From Raillietiella orientalis (taxonomy: Eukaryota), in assembly GCA_036172245.1 (NCBI GenBank), contig JAYWIR010000044.1:1302001-1366000 (forward strand): a stretch of DNA of 64,000 nucleotides, read 5' to 3'. Under the pieces are notes generated by a model. That model saw only the letters and a list, made by a program, of their open reading frames with translations. It had not been told where the DNA came from and ran no database searches. Position 1 is the stretch's first letter. Each line of letters starts with the position of its first letter. The translations under genes were made by a program, and so were the position numbers. Shown in pieces: positions 35,585-48,004 of this stretch.

Positions 35585-37453
35585 ATGAGAAATGAGACAG
35601 CTTCCAAGATAAAAGCAGTCGTTTGCGATCAAAGAGTCTGTCTTATCAGAAAAGGCAGAAGCTCAAGGCAGATTTGGTGCCATTTCACCGTGGGGCAGTT
35701 TTTCATGCCACCTACTCAAAAGACTATCATTGATCACTCGATGCGCTTCGCTCCTTTTTTTTATCTTACCCGGAATTCTTTGCAAAGGGATAAAATCTGG
35801 TCACATCCCTTGAGGAAAATCGCTCCTTCCCTCCCCATCTCTTTCTTCTTCTACAGCTTTCTATCGCCTGGGCGGCAGGGACTTAGAGTAAAGGTTCTGT
35901 GGAGTTCGAAGTCATGTCTTCACCTCTTGTATGTCTCTCGTCATGCTCACGGATGGCATTCTTCATCAGACTGCAAAGCAAGAACCCGACTGGCCTCCTG
36001 CAAGAAGGACGTCCTGGATGCTGCTGAGAGGAATATGTGTACTCCTTGTGGCACCAAATGACTGCACTCGACCAGTGGTGTTTCCTCATGGAAACGCATC
36101 GCATGCCCGATCTTTTCGATTACTGGAGGATGTACCTGATCAGTAGAGAGAAGAATCACATGATAGATGACATCCAGCAAGCCCTCCGCTGTATATGTGA
36201 GTCGCTGATGGAAAACAACGACTTAGAACTTCAGCATTTTTGGCAGAAGATCACTTACCAACAGAGAACGTTTCAGTTGGAAAATTTTATGAGGAATGCC
36301 ATCGACCACCTCAGCGTGAACGTCTTGTATTTCATGCTACCTCAGTTAAACAGGGAAAAGGGAGACGCCAGCATCCGGAGCGATGGATATCTTATACTGA
36401 AGCTACTTTTCGAAACGTACCGTGGCACGACGTTTTCCTGCCCACTCTGGAGCGCTTTTCGAGCATTCTCTCCAGGAAGCATTTTTTTAGTCTTCTGCTA
36501 CTCATCGTGAAGAAAGTCAAGGATGATATTAGAAGGAGAGACAAAGTGATTTTAAGAAAGGTGTGGTGCCAGACTCCGGACCGTTTGAAGAAATACACTC
36601 TTGATGACTTGAGACGTGCTTGGAGTTTGTTGAGAAAACTGTTTTACGCTGAAGATGAAGACAGCGTTAAGTTGATTCTGAGCGTCCAAGGAGTGGATTT
36701 CAAGAAAAGAATAGCTTATTCCGCACAAGGAAAGACTCAGTGCTGCGATTTACTTTGCAAAGAGACCTTCCCCCACTTAATCATCGAGTGTGTTGCCCTC
36801 CGTGAGATGTGGGATCGACTCTCGTCGATCCTGAACATTCCGGTGGGCGATCCCAAGAACATACTTCGACTCCTGATGCGGGACACCATGCCAGCCTCCG
36901 GGTGTGTAGCAGTGCTCTGTTGCATACGCGGAATCCTGGATAAGTGGACCGCGTCAAGGAGAGGCTGCACCAGTCGGAATGCCATCCACTGGGCAGCCAT
37001 CTCTTTGGAGAAGGCCTCCCGTTGGCGCCGACTTAAGAAACATTTGCCGGCACTTGTTCGCATCCGAAACCGGATGCAGAGGCCTCCTCACGGCGTACCG
37101 TGATCCCCTCCCTTTCCTCCCCTCCCAAAAAACATTGTTCCCTCCCCTGCGCGCCCGTGTAGAGGACCTTACCTGTCTGCGGGTCGGTAAGGACAAGTGC
37201 CCCCAAGACAGTCGGAACATGTGTTCCGACTGGAAAACAAATCAACACAATGACAAGCAAAACAAGACTCTATTACAAAATTTTTTCAATTGTGAAAATT
37301 TTAATAATAAAAGGCCTGGCTCACCCGGGTGAAAAACTTTGCAAAGGAAAATGGAGTTTACTGCAGGCATTCATCGAAGGAACTCTTCCGTTAAAGGATG
37401 ACATCTATAAGTTCGAGATGGCATTGCTCAATGTGTCAAGAAGTGCTGTGTGA
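35585..37453 (+). pseudogene. Intronless pseudogene of an uncharacterised helical protein family (resembles spider-expanded / Wolbachia-homologous hypothetical proteins), interrupted by a LINE
   Basis: Joined frames read TDGILHQTAK..CC*EEYVYSLWHQM..HFWQKIT..VLYFMLPQL..LKLL/FRNVPWHDVFL..VWCQTPDRLKKY..LFYAEDEDSVKLIL..QGKTQCCDLLCK|GKWSLLQAFIEG..*. Stop at 36025-36027 and frameshift at the T-run ~36407-36410. Removing the LINE plus one TSD restores the frame to the stop at 37453. Family assignment is from recalled motifs only; 5' end uncertain. Confidence 0.65.
36763..37335 (+). mobile_element. Young 5'-truncated LINE (L1/Tx1-like ORF2 C-terminus plus 3'UTR)
   Basis: Perfect TSD ACTTTGCAAAG at 36752-36762 and 37336-37346. 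Open frame ETFPHLIIECVALREMW... to stop 37103. AATAAA at 37306-37311 and a short A tail. Confidence 0.88.
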
Positions 37454-37997
37454 CGCAAGAGTAGGAGACCTGGAACTTGTCGAACTTGCTGCATCTGTCC
37501 CTATAGAATGCCTGCAGCAGGGCAAACTGCACCTCCGAATTGAATGTGACTCTCTTCTCCATCGTCTGCGAAATTTACCACTTTCGAGTTTCCTCCTTTG
37601 GTGCTCGCTCCTTCCTGGTGATCCCTCAACACCTGATACGGCTCCTCCAATCTCTCTTTCACCAAGGATGCGGCTTCCATTTCACGAAGTTGCTCTTTCC
37701 CTGTTTCCGTCCTGGTCTGTAAAAGCACCATGGCTGACGGTCATCGGATGAGCATGAATGACAGGTGACCTCATCGAAGCTTTGCCTTTACGAGAAAATG
37801 ATCTTTAAAAAAAGGAAAATCTGTTTAATTTGTCTTGAGAGATCGTCTGAGATGTACTTTTTAAGACGGCCTCATCCAAAAGAAAGGCTTCGTGAAGAGA
37901 TGAAGTACTTCTCAGGTTTTTCATGAGAAATTTTTACAAGTTCTGCCCTCGATGGAACTGACAGAGCATAAGCCATTCTTTATTTAAATATACAAAG

Positions 37998-38121
37998 CAT
38001 TTACATAGCTATGAAAGCCCATTGCTGACATGGCTAGGAAAACCATTGTCGGTGTAAACGAGGAAACCATTGTTGATATGGCTAGGAAACCATTGTTGAT
38101 GTAACTGTGGAAACCAGAATG
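37998..38121. repeat. ~23-25-bp minisatellite (aggaaaccattgttgatRtRRct), ~5 copies
   Basis: Head-to-tail degenerate units visible directly; no unique spacers. Confidence 0.9.
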
Positions 38122-38399
38122 GATTCGTGAATTCTGTGAATTCGAAAATTCGTGAATCTGTTTTCCCTTTCGTTTCAATTTGCTCACTGAAGATTCATGT
38201 CAATAAAATGGATGTCAAATTTCAGGCCATTGTGGATGGGAACAAAAGTGGCAAACCTCGGCATGCGGCAGTTGGCTTAAAAACAAACTGCATTTTAAGT
38301 TTCAAAGGATAACTGCTTCCGGTATATATTGCTGAGAATAATTTGAAGCATGTTTTTATCTGTCTTGCCTATCGGGCATTTTTCCGGTTGCTCGAAGAG

Positions 38400-38950
38400 G
38401 CAATCATGGGTGAACAATCTCATATTTCCCTCTACCATCCACTCTAGCAGGAATAATGGAAAGGAATGCTAGTACACACGGTTTTTTTTCCCAACTTGGC
38501 ATTGTCACATGAGGAGATTTAGCACTAGAATAAGGCGTGACAGGAATACCGTGGTAGCAAATCTTTGTTCTCCCTGGTTCACTATGCGGATGGTCATGCT
38601 TGCTCATTAGTTGATCAGAGTTCATCATCCTTGCAGCACCGCCGATCGTCTCGGTTTCCCCCTTTCAAAGTGCTTTCAACTGAAGAGTGATCAAACGCTT
38701 TCTGCTGACCAGAGCAAAGGTGGTCCCGCAACAGCTGAGGAGAAGCACGCGTCGGGGTTTGCGAGAACTGTATGACTAATCTTTGCAGTGAGGGTGTTGT
38801 CCACGGAAAGTCTGCGGAACTCTGAAAAGTTCACTGAGGGGAGAACCACAAAAACTCGCTGCAGTGAAGAGTCAAGAAGAAGAGAGAAAAGAATGCACAC
38901 CTCGTGAACTGAAGGGACAGAGATTTCGAGTCTGCTGCTCTAATGAGACT
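38400..38950 (-). mobile_element. Decayed RT fragment (motifs 4-7)
   Basis: CILFSLLLDSSLQRV (cf. LFxLxLD), LSVDNTLTAK (cf. ADD), ICYHGIP (cf. YLG). Confidence 0.45.
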
Positions 38951-39499
38951 TGCTGTCAGTTCATCTAACTTACGAGCTCGAAGTTTTGGAACCTCGAAGA
39001 CTAATGTTCACAAAGACATTGCAACTCACTGTGAACATTATTGAGAGTGAGCATTACCTGATTATGAATCCCTCCAAGATTGTCAAAATAGAGGCTCAGT
39101 TATTTGACATCTTAATGTTTTTTTTTTCCTTTTTCAGGGAGCAGCGGCACTGTTGAAAGAGTAACTAGAATGGACCATGAATAATATGAAATACCGATCA
39201 GAAAATAATTGCTCCTGAGATCTTTTTGTTCGGCTGATTTTGAAGAAGTTGCGCAATGGCAACTCTCGTTTACCTATTAGCTATTGCTAGATATCTCAGG
39301 GTGCATGAAACAAGAACTAATAGAGATAGCAGCTCTGTCTGCAACATTGAGAGTAAATCGTAATCAAGATGGAATTGAAAAACTCTAACAGGCACAGTGG
39401 AAAGCTACTGTCTCTAGCAACTGATCAGGCACCATCTGTGACTCGAGAATTGGTTTCTTTTTAATTCTGTCTGCAAACTATGAAAGGCATCCGCCGTTA

Positions 39500-40100
39500 T
39501 TCCGTCACGACAGCCTAGAAGAAGCAGCATTTTGTTCCAAATCACTCCTCGGAGCCTTGGAGTATCTGACGAAAGCTTTGAAAGAAGCTTTGCAAACTTC
39601 AAATCGTGAAGGAGTCTGCATAACTGACGATCCCATTTGCTTCCAGAAAAGCCACTTTCCTCTCAGCAGCCGGATGTTCATCCATAAGAGTTTTTAATGA
39701 AGACTGTTCCCGTACGTTTGACAGCAGTGCTTTGACAGACCTCCAGCGTGCTCTCGAAGGAGTACACGCACTCACATCATCTCAGTAACTGTGTTCCATT
39801 TCCGAGGTCGTTGCCTTGGTGTTGAAGCTCTTCTTGCGAAGTTCATGAGCGAGTCGACCATGAGGGCTTGTCGGCAGCGTATCTCGATAGTGAAAGCGCT
39901 CTGAATGCAGACAGAAAAGCCCCTGCGGGCAGAGAGCGGCGACACTTCCTTGCTGCGAGAGGGCTTCTAACGCACTACAGCCTTAAAGGGGAAATAGACC
40001 TTACCAGCAGCAGCCGGTACTTCATGATCAGCTAAAAGATCAGTGACCTGCGATTTGCGGAATATCCACACATCTGGAGGACTTCGCCCCAATCTTCAAG
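39500..40100 (+). mobile_element. Decayed RT fragment
   Basis: QKSHF..AGC, then EDCSRTFDSSALTDLQRAL at ~39700-39755 (cf. DxxKAFDSV..L..AL), then LAARGL. Confidence 0.5.
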
Positions 40101-40599
40101 CGCTGAGGGACTCAGCAGGCGCGAAAATCACGAAAGCAGTCACAGAAATCTGACATGCCTCCAGCATCACGAGAGCCCGGAAACAGGGTCTTCTGGAGAC
40201 CTCAGTTTTCCTCTCGCAAGATGGAAACCCTGCGGAATTCCACGTCGTTAGAGGACAAACTGTCGCAAAAGGACTGTTCGCTGAAGCTGACTTCATTTTC
40301 ACGGGGTTGAGCCATTGCATTTCTATTCCAGAGGGGAAAAGCAAACAGAACACGTGCATTGGTGAATCCGCCACTACCACCGACTCGTGGCCGGCTACGC
40401 AAAAGAGTGGAAACGGTGTAGGGGAGGGAACAATAAACGGATAAATGGAAGAGGAAAGGGACTATGGTCACCGGTCACAGCCACCGGACTTTCTGTAAAT
40501 TGCGTGCCATGAACGCGGGAGTCCATGTTTATTCCAACTCCCTTTGGGGGCCATTTTTGCCACGTTCCTCATCTCTGAGGAGTCGAAGCGCATGATCCT

Positions 40600-41950
40600 C
40601 CTTCCCTGCTGGCACAACTCCTCAGAATTCTGAAACACCAGGGTCCCCCTGACGCAGTGTAGAATCGGACGATCGGGAAAGAGGGAGAAAGTCCATCCCG
40701 CGTGAGGCAGCGCAACCGCAGCAGTTCTTTCGGGGTGTCTTCGTGTAGATGTAGAGCGGCCACGAGGAGTTTACAAGCTCTCTGAAGGGAACCGCATTTT
40801 CACAATAGGACTCCATACGACGCAGATGGCTGCCCCTTCCCCCACAAGCCATTCCTCCACATTTCTCATCACAAAAGAAAGAGGATGCTTGATCTTCGAC
40901 CTTTGCTGTCTCATCTCCTCCGTGAACTGAGAATTGGAGATCAGCTTGACGCAATACGCAGAACGAGTGGATGTGGCTACCAGCTAATGCTGGGCCCGCG
41001 TCAAGCAGCACCGGAACCATGTCTTTGGACCAAAGTAGCAGCCAGACGTTTCCACGAGCTCCAAAGGTTGCTGCATCTCAGCAACAGTGGCGCGGAAGTT
41101 CCAAGCTGCCCGCTGTTGACTCTCCACCTTGTCCAGAGGTGCGCCTCTGGTGATACAAGAAACATCAGCATCCGATGCAGCGAAGCCTCTTCACGCTAGC
41201 ATCTGAGTAGCTGTCCAGGAACAGGGGAGGGATCACAGTCTCCGACGGCGGAATCCCCAGGCATTTTGCCCAACAAAGCGGTCCTTCAGTGTGGACAGTG
41301 GGTTTGTCTGCGTCAGCCAACTGGTGCGTCACTCTTGTCGCTCTTGGTTCCACGTCATCCACCCTGCTGGTTGGAAAAATGCCGTTTCTCTCCCGTAGGA
41401 AAGGCAGCGCCGTGGCTTTGGTCCACTTCCGGTTTGGTCTAAGGAGAGTGCTCCCTGATTGTGAATACGACGTATTCACTCCAGAGATCAAACTGGTGAT
41501 TCTAATGCTACTTCAGCACTGTCAGAGTACCACAGCCCCTTATTTAAAAGATCAGGGATCACCAGAGATGCGGAAGAGGAATTGTCCGCAGTTCCCATCG
41601 TCTGCTCAGTCAGTCCAGCTTCGTTCACGGCAGATGTGAGTGCAATGGTTGAATGTGTGCTCTTTACTGGGAGAAAGCTCACACGAGTCTCTTCCTGCCG
41701 TTTCAACTCCCAGCTTCCCTCTCGACTCCGGGAGTTTCTCCATTGCATCCTCATCGATTGTTGGAGTTTCAGAGCTGCCGGGAAGCAAACGCTGGTGACC
41801 TTCTGAAGACGCAACCATGTGGGTCCGTGCTCCATCGTTCGCAAGTCATCTAGCCTGTACGTTCCGTAAGTGTATCTGGCTACCATGGATGCTGAACATC
41901 AATATGCTGGCCGGTTCCCTTCATGGCTGCTGTACCCAACATAAACCATG
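40600..41950 (-). mobile_element. Decayed non-LTR ORF C-terminal remnant
   Basis: ARYTYG (thumb-like), WTKATALPFLRERNGIFPT (pre-CCHC-like) and RCIGC; weak. Confidence 0.3.
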
Positions 41951-42179
41951 GCCGACACATCCATTGGATCCATAGAATGCGACATCCTACCGATGGAAAA
42001 GACGAACAGGACATCCGAGAGCAGGAGACAAATGTGTACGGAGGATTCTTGAAGGCAGTATCATAGCATCATGCGAGAGGAGCAAGAGGATGGACAGGAA
42101 GAAGGAGAAGCTGCTCGAGTCGAAGGGAGAGTGCAGAGAACTAACTAGACCTCTCTTCGTAACCCCTGAGTTCAGTCCG

Positions 42180-42800
42180 CAAAACGGCAAGTTCTCCCGC
42201 GTTCCTGGAATTTCGCACTACATGTCGCCATTGTAGCGACTGTCGAGATGCCCATTGTCTGATGGTGACCACGGGATCCTCCTACAAACTGGCGCTTGGC
42301 TTCCTGAGAGAGAAAGACAGTGCTTCCCATATTTTGTTCGGCTCTTTTTCGTGCGCCTTCTTGCATGCCGTCGATGTGCAGCACGGGTCGAGCATGATCG
42401 CATGGCTGCTGGCCATCGTCGGATGCTCACCCTCTCGATGCAGTCGCCATCCTACTCTTCCGAGGAGTCGTGTTTCCTGGTGCAGACTCAAAAGTGAGCT
42501 TGAAAGACGCTTGAAAGTCCTCGACAGCTTCCGGTTTCCGGCGGCCTCATGAAGATGGACGTGTGCCTCGGCTGGTGCTCGAAAGGCCAGGTGAGCGGAA
42601 GGCCAAGAGGAGTAGTGTGCGTCAACTTACTGTCCGCAGAGCGCAGGTGGTGCCCATTGCTAAGGGGATCCCTGAAATCCCAGAGGAGCAGGAGGCGCTC
42701 CGCAGGTCAGGGTGTTCTTTGGTCACATATCGAAACACCTCGCTGAGCAGGAGACGAATTCTTTTACTGTGCTGCGGTCGCAGGCCGCTTTTCATATGGT
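42180..42800 (+). mobile_element. Decayed CCHC/RLE domain fragment
   Basis: ACRRCAARVE, MDVCLGW (cf. IDVtv.w), ERKAKR...VVPIAKGIP...EALRRSG (cf. K..KY...vvPi.vG..G...aL..lG). Confidence 0.55.
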
Positions 42801-43186
42801 TATCGTGACAAAGGAACAAAAAAAAGCAGAGAATGAAACATTCCATGGATCTTTTCGATTGGCTCTTAGGACGAAGAGTATTGCGCAAGAAAGGCGCATC
42901 AGAAAGTGGTGTGAGCAAGAACAATCTGATGAAGTTGGTTGACGTCATCATGCTGGCCAACTGGATCTATTCCCGGATGTACCTCCACGATCTATTCCGG
43001 ATTTTCTTTTTTGGGTTTGGTGTATGAGGATGGCTTAGCGGAAGTGGAAATCAGCTGCTTTCCTGAAGTGCAAAAACAAACGTTTCATTGAAACGAAAAT
43101 CAATACCGAAGTAGAAAAAAAAAAAAGTCCCAGAGAGCTATTTCAGATTAGGCTGTAAAGATGCAGCGAATTGCAATAAGTGGATA

Positions 43187-43405
43187 CCCTATGCCCCAGT
43201 CCACGCTGATGAAATTATCAGCGTGGACTGGGGACCCAATTAGTTGCTCGTGAGCCACTTCAAATGGCCAAGTTCCTCGAAATGGAGCACTTTGTCATAC
43301 TCAAATCTCTCTTAAGCAGTTTCCCTCCCCATAGCTCAAGGCGCCTGCGATCCAAAGACTCTTTATAATCAATAAAGCGTGGGTTATTTCCCCTGGGGCA
43401 TAGGG
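43187..43405. mobile_element. MITE (non-autonomous DNA transposon) with 13-bp TIRs CCCTATGCCCCAG, flanked by TA
   Basis: ATACCCTATGCCCCAG at 43184-43199 is the exact reverse complement of CTGGGGCATAGGGTAT at 43393-43408. No coding capacity. Confidence 0.7.
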
Positions 43406-44499
43406 TATAATGGTTTCGTTCCGAAAGAGTGCCCTGGAGTACAGTTGCTTTCATTTCGGGAAGGACTCAGCGGGCCGCAACTCCACACACGTGTCCTTTG
43501 ACAGCCGAGAAAGTCTCAGCTCCCGTGCCTCCCGGATGATTCTCTCGCCAGGAGTGCATCATTCATCGTGATGAAACCGCAATCGCACAAATTCATCTTC
43601 GCGTTTATTGCGTCTTCACATCCCCTTTCGAATAATACTTTCTTAATCACTAATGTATGGGTGCAGTGAAAGATGCGAGAGATGCTCGTAACTCCATCCA
43701 GTCATTCCGCGACAGGGTGCTCCTTGTTCGGTTCGCAGGAATCCAGGGCGTCTTCGCATCAGTAATCACATCATTGGTCCTGACTTGGAAAGCAGAGCAG
43801 CCAAACGGGGGTGATGGCGAGTGGCTCGTACGGCGAACATTACCGAGTACCTTGTACGTCCGCATGCAGTCGCGATTCGATTCCTGGCGGCCTGTATAAT
43901 TTTACTCACCCGCTTTATGATTAATTAGAGGGGGGAAACAGCGTTTCGTGGAAACGCTGGAAGATTCAACCGAAATCCATTTTTTCCATGCTCACAAGGA
44001 AAACTCTCCTCTCCACTTGTCCCACCCCGTCGCCATGGAGAGAACCCTAGATGCCGCAGGAATAAAGACGGAAGGACAGAAATTCCACAAGCCACGCTGA
44101 AAGAGGCAGCGAGGACGTGGTTTCCCTCCCAATCAGGTCCTCATCCGTAAGACAGCATGACGATGGAACCAGCAGTCTATGTCCCACAGCAAGTTCCTCG
44201 TTCTGGAAGGATCGAAATGGTTTCCAGAGACGAAAGAATATATCCCTGCGGAAACAGAGATCCTTCTTAATCGTACATCAGATCGGATTGCTTATCTTAT
44301 GAGAATCAGTTCTTGCTCTGAAAAGTGAGTCTGGTATTCTTCCCACAGGGCCGAGTTCTTTAAAAATTGATTTTTTTTTTTGGACTGAAGGGAATGCAGG
44401 GATCCTCATCTTGGAATCGTCGAGGAAATCAGAAGTAGGAAGGCAATAGCAATTTGAATTCACACACTTCGAGCGTTTTGTTGCTGGAGTGCAAAGAAA

Positions 44500-45600
44500 G
44501 TAAAAAACAAGTAGTAGGTGGATGCTGGAATTTCTCACACACGCAGCTAATTAAAGCTGCTTGAACATTTCACGACCTTAGTCTTGGAGGTATCAACCTC
44601 ACAGACATCTACTAGCTCGGAAGCAACACTCTCGATTGCCTTGCAGCTGGTGTTGAAGAACGAACTCCCAGCATCAGTTGGATTCTGGAAAGTGTGCCAT
44701 TCCTGCTGCAAAGAAACTGACATTTATCCGTAGAAAGTGAAACAGAAAGCACTTGACTGCCTAAAGCGAACAAAATAGTGACCCAATGATTGCACTAATC
44801 TTGAAAATGATGGTAGCTCAGCCAGTATTCTCTTGAACGAATAAGATTCCATGGAACCAAAAACAGGACTCCCTGACCTCAAGATGACCGGATGAAGATG
44901 GAGAGCATCTCCCACTCAGGAATTTTCACCGCACTCACAGTCATTGAGGATATGATTCTCGAAAGGGAATGTGAAGACACCTCCTCCTGAGCTGTCCTGT
45001 TACACGTTTTCTTTAGATTTCTAAAGGGATTTGGAAGTCTAGGAGAAAAGCACCAAAGAAGAGGTTTCTGTGCAGCCAGAAGAGAAGAAAAACGCACTCA
45101 TCTACCGTTCAGCTTTCGTGGATTCTAGACCAACCTTCAATCTTGAATACTGGATGCTGAACTCCATAAGCGGAAGAAGAACGAAGATACTGAATGGTGA
45201 TCTGGAAGGCTGCACCATACACTCGTGAACTTTGCCTCTCTGCTGCTTCTGATTCTTCGTAGGTAGATCAGTTTCTGACTGAGTCCCGCCTTTAGCTAAC
45301 TGAGAAACTTTCACCAACGGGTTGAACGAACAGAAAATTCTGACACCTCCGCTGACCTCCACATTCAAGGCTCTCAGAAACCTAAAATGCGACTTCCGAG
45401 AGCTCTCCAGCTTCAACCACAAAATGTGCAATCTGCGGGACTGGAGAACCCAACTCATTTGGCGTAGAAATAGCGAAGTTGGCTGCTGAGAGCTGGAAAG
45501 TTCGTCCTTGAGATTCCTAGCCAGGTAATTTATGCATCTCGTCCCGATCCGCTTCCGAGAGCGGCCTCGTTCCAAGTAGTCCGCTTTCAGAAGTACTCCG
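44500..45600 (-). mobile_element. Decayed RLE-type RT
   Basis: CVFFSSGCTE (cf. QxGF..GCxE), EVSSHSL (cf. DSVSH), IRSS*GQG (RT4-like), DTSKTKV (cf. NxxKTKV). An N-terminal part may extend to ~47500. Confidence 0.5.
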
Positions 45601-48004
45601 GATCCCTAAGTGATCATCCCGAAGAGGATTCTTGCAGCCCGCTGACAAAAACCTAACTACAATGAACTCCAGTTTTCAAGCAAGGAAAACGAGGAAATTC
45701 ATCATCCATAAGCAAGCTAAAGCAGCCGTTTCTGTGAAACGCCCACTTGGGAAGTTTCATTCCAAGGGACGGCTGAAGAAGACGCTATCAAAACACTCCT
45801 GCTTGCGAAGAAAGGTGGATGCTGGATGCTGCACGAAGATCGCGATCTGCTTGCATGCATCTCAACAACACTGGGAGTACACAGGGGCAAATCGCAAATG
45901 AAGGAATGTCGAAGAAAAAAATATCTGTGATGTCTTCGCCATTGCGCTGTGAGCGCCTGCTGGGGTCCCAGCACTGCCAGGATCCAAGGTCTTCTTCGAA
46001 GAACTCGACTATATGGATCCGTCTTCCGATCGATGAATAAGTTGGTGTCTCAATGGAGTCATAAACTTGCTCAGTTTCCTGAGGTCACACCACGATAAAT
46101 GGCCCGCTTCATGATTATCCTTGACTTTTAGAAGGAACGTTATTTGCCTTGTGCTGTTGCACCTCACCGGAAACTTCTTCTTCAGAAGAAGAAGTCTCAC
46201 AAGGGACCTCTGCTGTGGATGGCAATTGCGAGTTCATTGCGACTGAATTTGCTAGAGGAAGAGCACATGACGAATCACAGCGCCTGATGGACATGCGATC
46301 CTGGCATCCCCCTGGACCATCTGTCGGTGCCATCATTGTCCTGGAAGGATGAGGAATGAGAACGTGTGGCTTTAGGTCCTTGCTGATGACCCTACTCATC
46401 GTTCCTGGAGCAACACAGAATCGGAAAGGCAGTGGAAGGCCCGCCCTGGATGGTGTCTCTGTGTCGAAGCAGGGCAGTTGCGACTCATTTCCAGACACTC
46501 TGAAGGTTATCTCATTCTCACAGAGTATTCTCCGGGCGATGTGAATAGTGCTTCTCTACCCGCTGATTCAGGCAAAGGATGCGTGGTCTCTGGACCTTGC
46601 TGGAGAATCTCCTCCATGCACTGAGGGTTGGGGATCTTCTTGGAGCAACGAAGAATCGGTCCCCATTCTAACTCATAATTCTTACGCTTTTCACTACAGA
46701 ATCAGTGGATGTGGTTGCAAGAGGAAGTCCTTCTCACGTAAAGCAGCGCCGCAGCAGCTCCTTCGACGTGTCTTCAGGATAGCTGCACGCTCCGAAGGCC
46801 ACCTCCTTCCGAAAGCAGTTGCGGGACCGCTTCCACTTACCCACACACCTGCCGCCGTTCGGCGAGGCGCTCTCCCTCTTCTAGCAGTGTCAACAGAAGG
46901 TCGTACGAAGAGCATAGCCTCTTCGCGCTGCCCCCTGATGGGAACATGCAGCTATCACATGACGAAGAAGGGGTCCAGGTTTCAGAAGCTGGAATGCCAA
47001 GGTCTCCCTTCAAAAGGATCAGCCCTTTCGAGAGGTCACTGGACATCTTCTCTTCGGCCAGCTGGCCGTGGACTAGTGGTTTCGTTAGCGCATCTTCTGG
47101 TTCGATATTCCCCAGGGACTACTCTCGGGTTTGTAGATAAGGCTTATCGAGATGGTACCGTTCATCGTGGCGAGGATCCAGGTGCCCGGTGACTCCAGCC
47201 ATCATGCTCCGTAGCTTGCAAGGAGGCAGGAGATCAGCTGATGTTCTCCCCACATAGGCGCGATCTGTCTCCGTGGAAACCCAAGAGGCGGTCTCGGCTG
47301 AAAGGAAGCAACGATGCCATGCCCTCGCAAACGCCCGCTCTCCTGAGGATCTCGTGCTCATCCTGACACCGGTGCCGCAGTCGATTTCCGGACATGAAGG
47401 GTCGCAATTACGAAGCGGAGCTGCAGCTGCATCTATTTGTGCGTGAGGTGCCGATTCCAGCATCCCTTGCGGCGCCCTACAGCGTTCTCCGCGGGAGTCC
47501 GTCCGTCTTGCGACTCGCCTCGTTTGGCGGGAAGCAAAGAAAAGGAGGGTGCTGGAAGAGGGGGACAGCAAAGACGTTCCAAATGGAGTTCCGTTCCTGC
47601 GATTCCTGGTGTGCAGCCAGCGTCATCTCTGCCTTCTGGGGCAACTCGACCAGACTTCTGCGATCTCACCGAGGCATTCCCATCGGCATCCCTGAGCGCA
47701 TCCAGTCCGGGTGTCCTGCACACGCTATGCCAGGTGATCTCACTGCTGTGTCGGCACCCGGCGACACAGTACCCTGGTGCGACGAAAACTGGCCACAGAG
47801 GAGGAGGCACTCAACTGGGAGGCACGTGCGCTACCTCCTTGCAGTGGCCATGATCCTTGCGTTCCCAACAAACCGTGGACCGACGGACTGTCCGTCTACC
47901 GACAACCTGTCAGGTGTCAGCGTCCTTGCACCATAACACGGTCCGCGACCAAACGATTGCGGACTTGGAAAACCGCGGAAAGCCCGAAGCCCGCGCAGGA
48001 GGTC

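Noticed and set aside
35627..35649. U2 snRNA fragment (gatcaaagagtctgtcttatcag)
   Set aside because: Needs several gaps over ~23 nt, has no flanking U2 similarity, and lies within the putative pseudogene 5' region.
36240..37103. 287-aa ORF as an intact stand-alone gene
   Set aside because: Its first ~55 residues are out of frame with the host protein and its last ~113 come from the TSD-bounded LINE, so it is a pseudogene/LINE chimera.
37998..38121. CRISPR-like array
   Set aside because: Head-to-tail degenerate units without unique spacers, no cas genes, eukaryotic context. The same applies to 31934-32056.
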